Source: Candidatus Saccharimonadota bacterium
Lineage (GTDB): Bacteria; Pseudomonadota; Gammaproteobacteria; Enterobacterales; Enterobacteriaceae
NCBI RefSeq assembly: GCF_017656055.1
Contig: NZ_CP069383.1
Span: 30,001-62,000, forward strand
DNA: 32,000 bases
Reading direction: 5' to 3'
Below the pieces are notes generated by a model, which saw nothing but the letters and a program-made list of their open reading frames with translations, was not told the DNA's origin and ran no database searches. The position numbers were made by a program, and so were the translations under genes. Below, piece by piece: positions 8,831-18,322 of the stretch. Each line of letters opens with the position of its first letter. Position 1 is the stretch's first letter.

Positions 8831-9833
8831 TTTTATTATTTATTGATTCTAAGTTATTTTTTATTAATATATCCAAATCTCCATTTAAAAAAAAATCTAT
8901 GTTATTATATTTTTTATTACTTATATTATCTTTTATAGTTGATTTATCTAAATAATATATTCTTATATTATTACTTAATGATAAATTATATTTTATTTTA
9001 TTCAATTTTTTATTTTTTTCACTTATATTTTTTAATTTATTATTATTTACTTTATATAATATATTTTTTAATGCTATATTTTTATTAATATGTTGTGATC
9101 TACTATTTTGACAATTTGTACTAATATTAGTAGGTATATGTAATACTCTAACTGATGAATTAGTTGTATTAACATGTTGACCACCTGGTCCTGAAGATTT
9201 ACTAAATATTATTTTTAAATCTTTATTATCTATTGATTCATTAATATATTTATTTTTAACAATACTATCATTTATTATATCATTATATACAAATACTTTA
9301 CTAAAAGAAGTATGTTTTTTATATGAATCAAATGGACTTTTTCTTATTAATTTATGAATTCCTGTTTCATTTTTTAATATAGAATATGAAAAATTTCCTT
9401 TTATTTTTAAAATAATGTTTTTTATTTTATTAAAATTATTTATATTTTTATATATTATTTCATACTTCATATTTTTTTTTATTATATATTTTTTATATAC
9501 ATTAAATAAAATATCAGACCAATCATTTGAATCTTTTCCACCTATATTTGAATTTATATATATATAACATTCATCTATATTAATAAAATTTGGATCTAAT
9601 AAAAAATATATTTCTATATTATTTATATATTTCTCTATAAAAAAAATTTTATCTTTTATATTATTAATATTTATACTATTATTAATATAATATTCTAATA
9701 TATCAATATTTTTTTTTATAAAATTTATTTCTTTATTTAAAATATAATTTTTATTATATAAATTATTATTTTTATTTAAAAAATAAAAATATTTTTCTTT
9801 TATTTTAGATATTTTTTCTTTTATTTTTATCAT
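8823..9833 (-). CDS. prfB: Peptide chain release factor 2 (single uninterrupted ORF)
   Basis: 336 aa. SPF tripeptide (RKSPFDS) specific for RF2, GGQ motif (SGPGGQHVNTTNS), CQNSRSQHINK. Ends in TGA. The ATG lies 29 nt inside the rpsA 3' end, so the start is somewhat uncertain. Confidence 0.9.
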   Translation of the reverse strand: MIKIKEKISKIKEKYFYFLNKNNNLYNKNYILNKEINFIKKNIDILEYYINNSININNIKDKIFFIEKYINNIEIYFLLDPNFINIDECYIYINSNIGGKDSNDWSDILFNVYKKYIIKKNMKYEIIYKNINNFNKIKNIILKIKGNFSYSILKNETGIHKLIRKSPFDSYKKHTSFSKVFVYNDIINDSIVKNKYINESIDNKDLKIIFSKSSGPGGQHVNTTNSSVRVLHIPTNISTNCQNSRSQHINKNIALKNILYKVNNNKLKNISEKNKKLNKIKYNLSLSNNIRIYYLDKSTIKDNISNKKYNNIDFFLNGDLDILIKNNLESINNKNE

Positions 9834-11397
9834 TTTTAAATATTAATATATATAATTTATCATTTAATTTATCATAATTTATTATTTTAAATTTTATAAA
9901 CTTATTATTAGTTTTAAATTTAAATTTTAATGTATTTATTTTTAATAAAAATTTACTATTTAATGCTATAAAAGTATAGTTTTTGTTATTTTTTATTATT
10001 TTAGCATATATTATTTTATTACTTTCAATTATTTTTTTAATATCATATATCTTAAAATTTTTATATATACTTAAATATATTCTTTCCTTTTTATAATTTA
10101 TTTTGTAAACATAAGTTAATAATTTATTATTAATAACATTATTTTTTATAAATAAATTTACATTATTTTTAATATTTTCTAAATTATTTATATGTATAAA
10201 AGCATCTATATTATAATTATATATTTTAACAAAAATACCATATTCTGTTATAAAAAGTATTTTTACACATATTTTATCACCTATTTTATATTTTTCCTTA
10301 AAAATTTTCCAAGGATTTATTTTGCATTTTTTAATACTCATAGATATTCTTTTAAAAGAATTATCTATACTTATTATTTTACTTATTATTTTTTTATTAA
10401 TATTAAAATAATTTTTAGGATTTATATTTTTATTTACCCAACTTATTTCTGAATTATGTATTAAACCTTCCATACCATTACCTATATCTATAAAACATCC
10501 ATATTTTACTACATTAGTAGTAATTCCTAAAACTTTATTTCCCAAATATATTTTATTATTTGTTTTATTCCATGGATTATTATATAATTGTTTTAAACCT
10601 AAATAAATTCTTAGTTTATCTGTATCAATTTTTAATATTTTAACTTTTATTTTATCATTAATACTTAATACATCTGAAGGATGTTTTATTCTTTTCCAAG
10701 ATATATCAGTTATATGTAATAATCCATCTACTTTACCTAAATCTAAAAAAGCACCATATTCAGTTATATTTTTAACAACTCCTAATAAAATATTATTAAC
10801 TTTCAAAGAATTTATTATTTTTATTCTTTCATTTCTATTATTTATATCTAAAACTGCTTTTCTTGATAATATAATATTATTATTTTTTTTATCTATTTTA
10901 ATTAATTTAAATTCTAATTCTGTTTTTTCTAATTCATCTATTAAATTTTTATCTGAACTATTAACTCCTATAAGAGAACCTGGTAAAAATGAATTTATAT
11001 TAACTTCAACATCATTTAAATCAATTATTAATCCTCCTTTTACTCTATTTTTTATGAAACCTTTTATAGTAATATTATTTTTAAAAAAATATTTTAATTT
11101 TTCCCAAGTTTCTAATATTTTAGCTTTTTCCCTTGATATAATAGTTTCTCCTCTACCATTATCTAAATTTTCTAAAATAAAAGTAAATTTATCATCTAAA
11201 TTAATATTTAATTCACCACTTTTATTATAAAATTCTTTTACTGAAACATATGATTCTGATTTTAAATCAGTATAAACTATAACAAATTCTTTATCTATAT
11301 AAATAATTTTACCAACTATTATACTATTTATTCTATTATTAAGAATATCACTTTTATTTTTTTCAAATAAGTTTTTAAATGATTTTTTTTTAATCAT
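9805..11397 (-). CDS. rpsA: 30S ribosomal protein S1
   Basis: 530 aa with repeated S1 (OB) domains, e.g. GVVKNITEYGAFLDLG.VDGLLHITDISW and GITTNVVKYGCFIDIGNGMEGLIHNSEISW. Confidence 0.9.
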   Translation of the reverse strand: MIKKKSFKNLFEKNKSDILNNRINSIIVGKIIYIDKEFVIVYTDLKSESYVSVKEFYNKSGELNINLDDKFTFILENLDNGRGETIISREKAKILETWEKLKYFFKNNITIKGFIKNRVKGGLIIDLNDVEVNINSFLPGSLIGVNSSDKNLIDELEKTELEFKLIKIDKKNNNIILSRKAVLDINNRNERIKIINSLKVNNILLGVVKNITEYGAFLDLGKVDGLLHITDISWKRIKHPSDVLSINDKIKVKILKIDTDKLRIYLGLKQLYNNPWNKTNNKIYLGNKVLGITTNVVKYGCFIDIGNGMEGLIHNSEISWVNKNINPKNYFNINKKIISKIISIDNSFKRISMSIKKCKINPWKIFKEKYKIGDKICVKILFITEYGIFVKIYNYNIDAFIHINNLENIKNNVNLFIKNNVINNKLLTYVYKINYKKERIYLSIYKNFKIYDIKKIIESNKIIYAKIIKNNKNYTFIALNSKFLLKINTLKFKFKTNNKFIKFKIINYDKLNDKLYILIFKNDKNKRKNI

Positions 11398-11401
11398 ATT
11401 T

Positions 11402-12688
11402 TTATTTTTTTATTAAAGATTTAAATAAGTTAAAATATTCAGGAAATGTTTTATTAACGCATTCAGGATTTAGTATATTAACTCCTGAATTTGATAAAGC
11501 TACTAGTGAAAAACACATAGCCATTCTATGATCATCATAAGTATTAATATCTGCTTTTAAAATTTTTTTAGGTGGATATATTTTTATATAATCTATCCCT
11601 GATTCTACTTTAGCTCCTATTTTAGTTAATTCATTTTCCATTGCTAATATTCTATCAGTTTCTTTTAACCTCCAATTATATATATTTCTAATAATTGATT
11701 CTTTTTTAGCAAATATAGACATAATAGCAGCTGTCATAGCTACATCTGGTATATCATTCATATCCATATCTATATTATTTATATCCTTATTACCATCATT
11801 ATAAGATTCTATATAATTGTTTCCGAAATTTATTTTACCCCCCATTTTTATAATTATATCAGTAAATTTTATATCACCCTGTATACTATTTTTATTTATA
11901 TTATATATTTTAATTGGTCCACCTATAATAGATCCCGCTGCTAAAAAATATGAAGCATTTGAAGCATCACCTTCAATAATTATTTCATTTTTTTTAAAAT
12001 TTAAATTATTTTTATATACTATTATTTTTTTATAATTATAATTTTTAACTTTTATATTAAACATATTCATTAATTTTATTGTCATATCAATATAAGGTTT
12101 AGAAACTAAATCATCATTTATATTTATAATAGTATTATTTTTATTAATTATAGATGACATTAATATAGAGCTAACAAATTGACTAGACATATTACCCTTT
12201 ATATTTATTTTATTATTTAAATATCCACCTTTAATATGTATAGGAGGATAATTTTCTTTATTTAAATAAAATATTTTAGCACCTCCTAATCTAAGAGCAT
12301 TTACTAAATCACCAATAGGTCTTTCCCTCATTCTTTTATTACCATCTATTATAATATTGCATTTTAATGATGATAATATAGATGTTAAAAACCTTATACT
12401 TGTACCAGAATTTCCTATATATAATTCTATTAATTTTTCATTATTAAAATTAATTAAATCACCTATTATGTTACAACTTTTATTATTTATTTTTTCTATA
12501 TATACTCCTAATTTTAATAAAGATTCTATCATATAATTAACATCATCACACTCTAATAAATTTGATAATTTTATTTTTTTATTTAACATAGATGTTAATA
12601 TTAATAATCTATTTGATATACTTTTTGATCCTGGTAAATATATTTCACCATACATTTTTTTTATTGGATCTATAATAATTTTATTCAT
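11402..12688 (-). CDS. aroA: 3-phosphoshikimate 1-carboxyvinyltransferase (EPSP synthase)
   Basis: 428 aa. [23 protein letters not shown] (E. coli LFLGNAGTAMRPL), [21 protein letters not shown] ([21 protein letters not shown]), [13 protein letters not shown]. Confidence 0.9.
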   Translation of the reverse strand: [428 protein letters not shown]

Positions 12689-13937
12689 TTTCTATAAATT
12701 TTTTATTTATATATTTTTTTAAAACTTTAGGTATTTTAATTTTATTTTTAATTTGATTATTTTCTAATATAGCTAGTAAAATCCTTCCAACAGCTAATCC
12801 TGAAGCATTTAATATATGAGGATATAACTTTTTATTTTTTTTATATTTTAAATTTAATCTTCTAGATTGAAAATCTTTTGTATTAGAACATGAAGAAACT
12901 TCTATATAATCATTTATAGATGGAAAAAAAACTTCTAAATCATAAGTTTTTGATGATGAAAATGGAGTTTCTAATTTAGATAATAATATTTTTCTATATG
13001 GTAAATCTAATAATTTTATTATATTTTCTGAATCATTAGTAATTTTCTCTAAATATTCATTTGATTTTTCATAGTTTACTATTTGTATTATTTCTACTTT
13101 ATCAAATTGATTCATTCTAATTAATCCTTTTTTAAATTTACCATAAAAACCATGTTCATTTCTAAAACAAGGTGTATATGATACTATTTTTATAGGCAAT
13201 TCTTTGTCATCAATTTTCATATTATTAAATATATTTATTATTTGTACTTCAGAAGTAGGAATTAAAAAATTAATTTCTTTAGAGTTTTTTTTTTTTACGT
13301 AGAAAAGATTATTAAAAAATTTTGGTAATTGTCCTGAATTATATAAAGATTTTTTATTAGTTATTATTGGAAAATTATATTCTATATATCCATTTTTAAT
13401 ATGAGTATCTAACATAAAATTTATTAAAGCTCTATTAAGAATAGATATATCACCATTTAATATAACAGTTTTATTATTAGATATTAAAAAAGACTTATTA
13501 AATATAATATTTTTTTTAAATATTTTTGTATTATATAAATTTGTATTTTTATTTTTTATATTTTTTATATTTTTACTTTTGTATATTTCTATATTATTAT
13601 CATATACATTATCATCTAATATATTAGGTATTAAATATGATAAATTTTTTATATTTTTAATTAAATAATTTATATATATTTTTAAATTTTTTATATTTTT
13701 TTCTATAGATATTGATGTATTTACATATTCATTATTACATTTTTTTTCTTTTATATTTTTTAATATTTTATTTGTTATTTTATTTTTTATATTTCTAAAT
13801 AAATTTATTTTATTAGTAGATTTTTTTTTTTCTTTTATTAATATTATTAATAATTTTAAATTTATATTACAATTTCTTTCTATATTTTTTTTTTTTATAT
13901 ATTCATATTTTTCTTCTAAAATATTATAATCTATCAT
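12681..13937 (-). CDS. serS: Seryl-tRNA synthetase
   Basis: 418 aa. N-terminal long helical arm, class II core (SGQLPKF, PTSEV, TPCFRNE.G, NASGLAVGR.L.AILEN). 8-nt overlap with aroA. Confidence 0.9.
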   Translation of the reverse strand: MIDYNILEEKYEYIKKKNIERNCNINLKLLIILIKEKKKSTNKINLFRNIKNKITNKILKNIKEKKCNNEYVNTSISIEKNIKNLKIYINYLIKNIKNLSYLIPNILDDNVYDNNIEIYKSKNIKNIKNKNTNLYNTKIFKKNIIFNKSFLISNNKTVILNGDISILNRALINFMLDTHIKNGYIEYNFPIITNKKSLYNSGQLPKFFNNLFYVKKKNSKEINFLIPTSEVQIINIFNNMKIDDKELPIKIVSYTPCFRNEHGFYGKFKKGLIRMNQFDKVEIIQIVNYEKSNEYLEKITNDSENIIKLLDLPYRKILLSKLETPFSSSKTYDLEVFFPSINDYIEVSSCSNTKDFQSRRLNLKYKKNKKLYPHILNASGLAVGRILLAILENNQIKNKIKIPKVLKKYINKKFIENE

Positions 13938-13942
13938 ATTTG

Positions 13943-14278
13943 TTATTTATTTTTAAATAAAAATTTTATTATTATAAATAAAAATAATATTAATATTATT
14001 ATATATAAATAATTATAATTTATAAATATAAAAATTATACTTTTATTTCTATAAAAATAAAAAAATATTATATATAATATAAATAATATATTATTTATTA
14101 TTTTTAATAGTAAAAAATAATTAAATAAATATAATATTTTAGATATTATACCATTTTTATTAATAACATTATAAATAATAAATGGAATTAAGTAATATGT
14201 TTTATTTTTAAATAATAATAAATTTTTATTATTTATATATATCAATAATATATATATAATAAGTATTTTTTTAAACAT
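13943..14278 (-). CDS. Hypothetical small polytopic membrane protein (orphan; no family recognised)
   Basis: 111-codon stop-free ORF in ~90 % AT DNA. It fits exactly between the serS start (5-bp gap) and the divergent infA promoter region. About 3-4 hydrophobic I/L/F/Y-rich segments. I could recognise no motif. Confidence 0.4.
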   Translation of the reverse strand: MFKKILIIYILLIYINNKNLLLFKNKTYYLIPFIIYNVINKNGIISKILYLFNYFLLLKIINNILFILYIIFFYFYRNKSIIFIFINYNYLYIIILILFLFIIIKFLFKNK

Positions 14279-14325
14279 TTTATTTTTTTTTAAAATAAAA
14301 ATTATAAAAATATTATAAATTAAAT

Positions 14326-14535
14326 ATGAAAAAAAAAAATGAATTTAAGGGTATTATAATTGATACATTACCTAATACAAATTTTAAAGTTAAATTAGAA
14401 AATGGTCATATTATAACAGCTTATATATCTGGTAAAATAAGAAAGAATTATATAAAGATATTAACTGGTGATAAAGTAACTGTTGAATTAACTTCATATG
14501 ATATAAATAAAGGTAGAATAATATTTAGAAATTAG
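14326..14535 (+). CDS. infA: Translation initiation factor IF-1
   Basis: 69 aa. [55 protein letters not shown] is near-identical to E. coli IF-1. Confidence 0.95.
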   Translation: MKKKNEFKGIIIDTLPNTNFKVKLENGHIITAYISGKIRKNYIKILTGDKVTVELTSYDINKGRIIFRN

Positions 14536-14541
14536 ATTTAT

Positions 14542-15417
14542 ATGTATTATTATCATATTCCTATTATGAAAGATGAAGTTGTTAATAACTTAATAAATAA
14601 AAAAAATGGATTATATATAGATTGTACATTTGGATCTGGAGGCCATTCTAGATATATATTATCTAAATTAGATAAAGATTCTAAATTAATTTCTATAGAT
14701 AGAGATTATGATTCTTATAAAATATCTAAAAAAATTAAAGATAAAAGATTTTTTTTTTATAAAAGTTTATTTTCAAATTTAAATATTATATTAAAAAAGA
14801 AAAAAATTTTTGGTAAAATAAATGGAATTATAATTGATTTAGGATTATCAAACCATCAAATAAAATCAAAAAATAGAGGTTTTTCTTTCAAATTAAATGG
14901 TAAAATAGATATGAGAATGGATTATACAAAGGGTAAAACTTTATTTGATATATTAAATGAAATTGATATCAATAAGTTAAATTATATAATTAAAAATTAT
15001 GGAAATGAATATTTTTATAAAAAGATATCTAAAAATATTATATATAATATAAAAAATAATAAATTTATAAATAACACTTTGTATTTATCTAATATTATAA
15101 AAAAAATAAAAAAAAATTCTAATAAAAATAAAAAAATACATTGTTCAACAAAAACATTTCAATCTTTTAGAATTTATGTAAATGATGAAATAAATGAACT
15201 AAATATATTATTAAATAATACAAAAAAAATTTTATCTAAAAATGGTAAATTATTAATTATAAGTTTTAATTCTATAGAATCTAGAATAATAAAAAATTTT
15301 TATAACAAAAATAAAAAATATATAAAATTTATAAAAAAAATTAAACCTTCTTATAAAGAAATAATAAATAATATATCATCTAGAAGTAGTATATTAAGAA
15401 TATTTGAAAAAATATAA
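14542..15417 (+). CDS. rsmH: 16S rRNA (cytosine1402-N4)-methyltransferase RsmH (MraW)
   Basis: 291 aa. H.PIM..EV, YIDCTFGSGGHSR, IDRD, DLGLSNHQ, RGFSF...DMRMD, SSRSSILRI. First gene of the dcw cluster. Confidence 0.9.
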   Translation: MYYYHIPIMKDEVVNNLINKKNGLYIDCTFGSGGHSRYILSKLDKDSKLISIDRDYDSYKISKKIKDKRFFFYKSLFSNLNIILKKKKIFGKINGIIIDLGLSNHQIKSKNRGFSFKLNGKIDMRMDYTKGKTLFDILNEIDINKLNYIIKNYGNEYFYKKISKNIIYNIKNNKFINNTLYLSNIIKKIKKNSNKNKKIHCSTKTFQSFRIYVNDEINELNILLNNTKKILSKNGKLLIISFNSIESRIIKNFYNKNKKYIKFIKKIKPSYKEIINNISSRSSILRIFEKI

Positions 15418-15420
15418 AAT

Positions 15421-16908
15421 ATGAATATAAAAAATATATTAAAAAATTATATAAATATAAATAATATACCAGATATATATATATCTGGTATTTCTTATGA
15501 TTTAGATAATATAAAATATGGAAATGCATTTTTTTTAATTAATAATTATAAAAATAGTAAAATTAATAATTTAATAGATAAATTAATTTCTAAAGGAGTT
15601 TTTATTATAATAAAAGAAGCTACAAATTATATTAATAATGGTATTTTCTTTTTTAAGAATAATATTTTAATATTATTAATATATGATTTAAAGAAAAAAA
15701 TATCTAAAATATCTATAGAATATTATAAAAAAAAAAATAAAAATACTAATTATAATTTAATAGGTATTACAGGAACAAATGGAAAAACTACGATATCTTT
15801 TTTTATATGTCAATTAATAAAATTATTAAATAAAAAACCTTATATAGTTAGTACATTAGGTAATGGTAATATTGATAACTTATATAAAACAGAATATACT
15901 ACAGATTTACCTTTTAAATTTTTTAAAAATTTATATTCATCTATAGATGAATATTATGATTTTATAATATCAGAAATAACATCACATTCTTTAGATCAAT
16001 ATAGAATAAATGGTGCTAATTTTAATATATGTATATTTACTAATATTAGTCATGATCATTTAGATTATCATAAAAATATTTTTAATTATAAAATTAGTAA
16101 ATTAAAGTTATTTAATGATTATTATTCAAAATATAATATAGTAAATTACGATGATAATTTAGGTAAAGAAATATATAATAATTTTAAAGAAAAGACATTT
16201 ATAGTAACTACAAAAAATATAAGTGATTTTGAAATAAATAAATTTAAATTTTGGTTAAAATTAATTTATGTAATTAAAAAAAAAAAATTTAATATAATAA
16301 AAATTTCTAGTAACTTTGGAAATGGATATTTTAAAACTAACATTTATCAAAATTTTAATATAAAGAATATATTAATATCAATATCATGTTTATTATTATT
16401 AGGTTTTAATATTTTTGATATATTAAATGTTATTAATTATTTAAAATTACCATTAGGAAGATTTAATACAATAAAAAAAAATAATTTTAATATAATAATA
16501 GATTATGCTCATACTCCAGAATCTATATATAAATTATTATTTGAAATAAAAAAAAAATATAGATTAAAAAAAATATGTTCTATTTTTGGTTTTGGTGGAA
16601 ATAGAGATAGTTATAAAAGAATTATAATATATAATATAATATTAAAATTTTCTGATTATTTTATATTAACTTCAGATAATTCTAGAAATGAAAGATTTAA
16701 AAATATAATAAATTTCGTAAAAAAAAATAATAAAATAAAAATAATATATAATAGAGAATCAGCTATAAAATATTCGTTAAATAAATATAAAAATTCAGTA
16801 ATAGTAATTATAGGTAAAGGACATGAAAATTATCAAATATTATATAATAATAAAAAAATATTTCATTCTGATTTATATATTGTAAAAAAATATATTAATA
16901 ATGATTAA
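15421..16908 (+). CDS. murE: UDP-MurNAc-L-Ala-D-Glu:meso-DAP ligase
   Basis: 495 aa. Mur ligase P-loop IGITGTNGKTT, the DNSRNE (DNPR-type) motif near the C-terminus, and its position in the dcw cluster. Confidence 0.85.
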   Translation: MNIKNILKNYININNIPDIYISGISYDLDNIKYGNAFFLINNYKNSKINNLIDKLISKGVFIIIKEATNYINNGIFFFKNNILILLIYDLKKKISKISIEYYKKKNKNTNYNLIGITGTNGKTTISFFICQLIKLLNKKPYIVSTLGNGNIDNLYKTEYTTDLPFKFFKNLYSSIDEYYDFIISEITSHSLDQYRINGANFNICIFTNISHDHLDYHKNIFNYKISKLKLFNDYYSKYNIVNYDDNLGKEIYNNFKEKTFIVTTKNISDFEINKFKFWLKLIYVIKKKKFNIIKISSNFGNGYFKTNIYQNFNIKNILISISCLLLLGFNIFDILNVINYLKLPLGRFNTIKKNNFNIIIDYAHTPESIYKLLFEIKKKYRLKKICSIFGFGGNRDSYKRIIIYNIILKFSDYFILTSDNSRNERFKNIINFVKKNNKIKIIYNRESAIKYSLNKYKNSVIVIIGKGHENYQILYNNKKIFHSDLYIVKKYINND

Positions 16909-18322
16909 AATAAAATTAAAAGAAATATCTGATATATTAAATGGTAAATTAATATGTAAAAAAAAAGATTATAATAAATACATATTAAATATATCAATAA
17001 ATTCTAAAGATATTAAAAATAAATGTTTATTTATAGCTTATAAAGGTAAAAATTTTGATTCTTATATATTTTTAGATGAAGCAATAAATAACAAAGTAGT
17101 AGCTATTATTATTGATAAACTATATTTTAAAAAATATATACCACAAATTTTAGTTAATAATGTTAATGATTCATTAATGAAATTATCAATATGGATAAAA
17201 AATAAAATAAATCCATTTATAGTAGCTATAACTGGATCTTCTGGTAAAACAACTATTAAAGAATTAGTTTCTTTTGTATTAATTAAAAATAAATATAATG
17301 TTATTTATACTTATAAAAATAATAATAATTATATAGGTGTTTTATTAACATTATTTAGATTAAAATATAATACTAAATATTTAATATTAGAAATAGGAGC
17401 AAGTAGAAAATATGAAATTTTTAATATAGTAAATTTAATAAATCCTAATTTAATTTTGATAAATAATTTATATATCTCTCATATTAAATATTTTAAAAAT
17501 TTTAATAATATATGTAGTTCTAAAGGTGAAATATTTTATAGTAATTATAAAAATTTAAAAATTATATTAAATTATGATAATAATGATTGGAATAATTGGA
17601 AATTTTTAAATGTTAATAAAAATAAATTTCCAATATTTTATAGTTTAAATAAATGTAGTAATAATTCTGATTTTTATATAAATAATTTATTTTATAATAA
17701 TTTTTATACTTTTAATATAATTACTCCTATCGGTAAAAAATATATAAAATTAAATAAAAAAATATTATTTGGAAATATTCCATATATATATAATTTAATA
17801 GCATCTGTTTCTATATTAATAAATTTAGGTTTAAAATTAAATGAAATAAATTATGTAAATAAATTTAATGGTGTAAATGGTAGATTATTTCCATATTTTA
17901 TTAAAAAAAAAAATATTATATTAATAGATGATAGTTATAATGCTAATATAAAGTCTACGATAAATTCAATTAATATTTTAAATAATTTTAATAAAGAATA
18001 TTTTAAGATATTAATAATAGGTAATATTAATGAATTAGGAATTAAAGAAGTATTTTATCACAAATTTATAGGTTTATATATAAATAAATTTTTAAAAATA
18101 GATTATATATTATCTATAGGTAATTTGACTAAAAATATATTAAATTATAATAAAAATAATTCTATATATTTAGATAGTATTAATAAAATATTATACAAGT
18201 TAATTAGTATAATAAAAAAAACTGATAAAAAAAAAAAAGTTATATTAGTAAAAGGATCTAGATCAAATAAACTAGAAAATATTGTAAATAAAATATTAAA
18301 TAAATATGAATATTATAAATAA
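16901..18322 (+). CDS. murF: UDP-MurNAc-tripeptide:D-Ala-D-Ala ligase
   Basis: 473 aa. P-loop VAITGSSGKTTIKE, DDSYNAN, and its dcw position after murE. 8-nt overlap with murE. Confidence 0.85.
   Translation: MIKIKLKEISDILNGKLICKKKDYNKYILNISINSKDIKNKCLFIAYKGKNFDSYIFLDEAINNKVVAIIIDKLYFKKYIPQILVNNVNDSLMKLSIWIKNKINPFIVAITGSSGKTTIKELVSFVLIKNKYNVIYTYKNNNNYIGVLLTLFRLKYNTKYLILEIGASRKYEIFNIVNLINPNLILINNLYISHIKYFKNFNNICSSKGEIFYSNYKNLKIILNYDNNDWNNWKFLNVNKNKFPIFYSLNKCSNNSDFYINNLFYNNFYTFNIITPIGKKYIKLNKKILFGNIPYIYNLIASVSILINLGLKLNEINYVNKFNGVNGRLFPYFIKKKNIILIDDSYNANIKSTINSINILNNFNKEYFKILIIGNINELGIKEVFYHKFIGLYINKFLKIDYILSIGNLTKNILNYNKNNSIYLDSINKILYKLISIIKKTDKKKKVILVKGSRSNKLENIVNKILNKYEYYK

Noticed and set aside
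9834-9900. Possible prfB programmed +1 frameshift site or ORF0 upstream of the annotated start
   Set aside because: Reading the minus strand shows only the rpsA C-terminal codons (…KLNDKLYILIFKNDKNKRKNI*). There is no CUU-UGA-like slippery stop, and the short ATG frames terminate after 3-6 codons.
10192-10452. 86-aa ORF on the plus strand
   Set aside because: Lies entirely antisense within rpsA, whose S1-domain homology is unambiguous. The product is low-complexity I/F/Y/T. It is an artefact of the T-rich antisense strand.
11817-12035. 72-aa ORF on the plus strand
   Set aside because: Antisense within aroA. No motif. aroA homology on the other strand explains the region.
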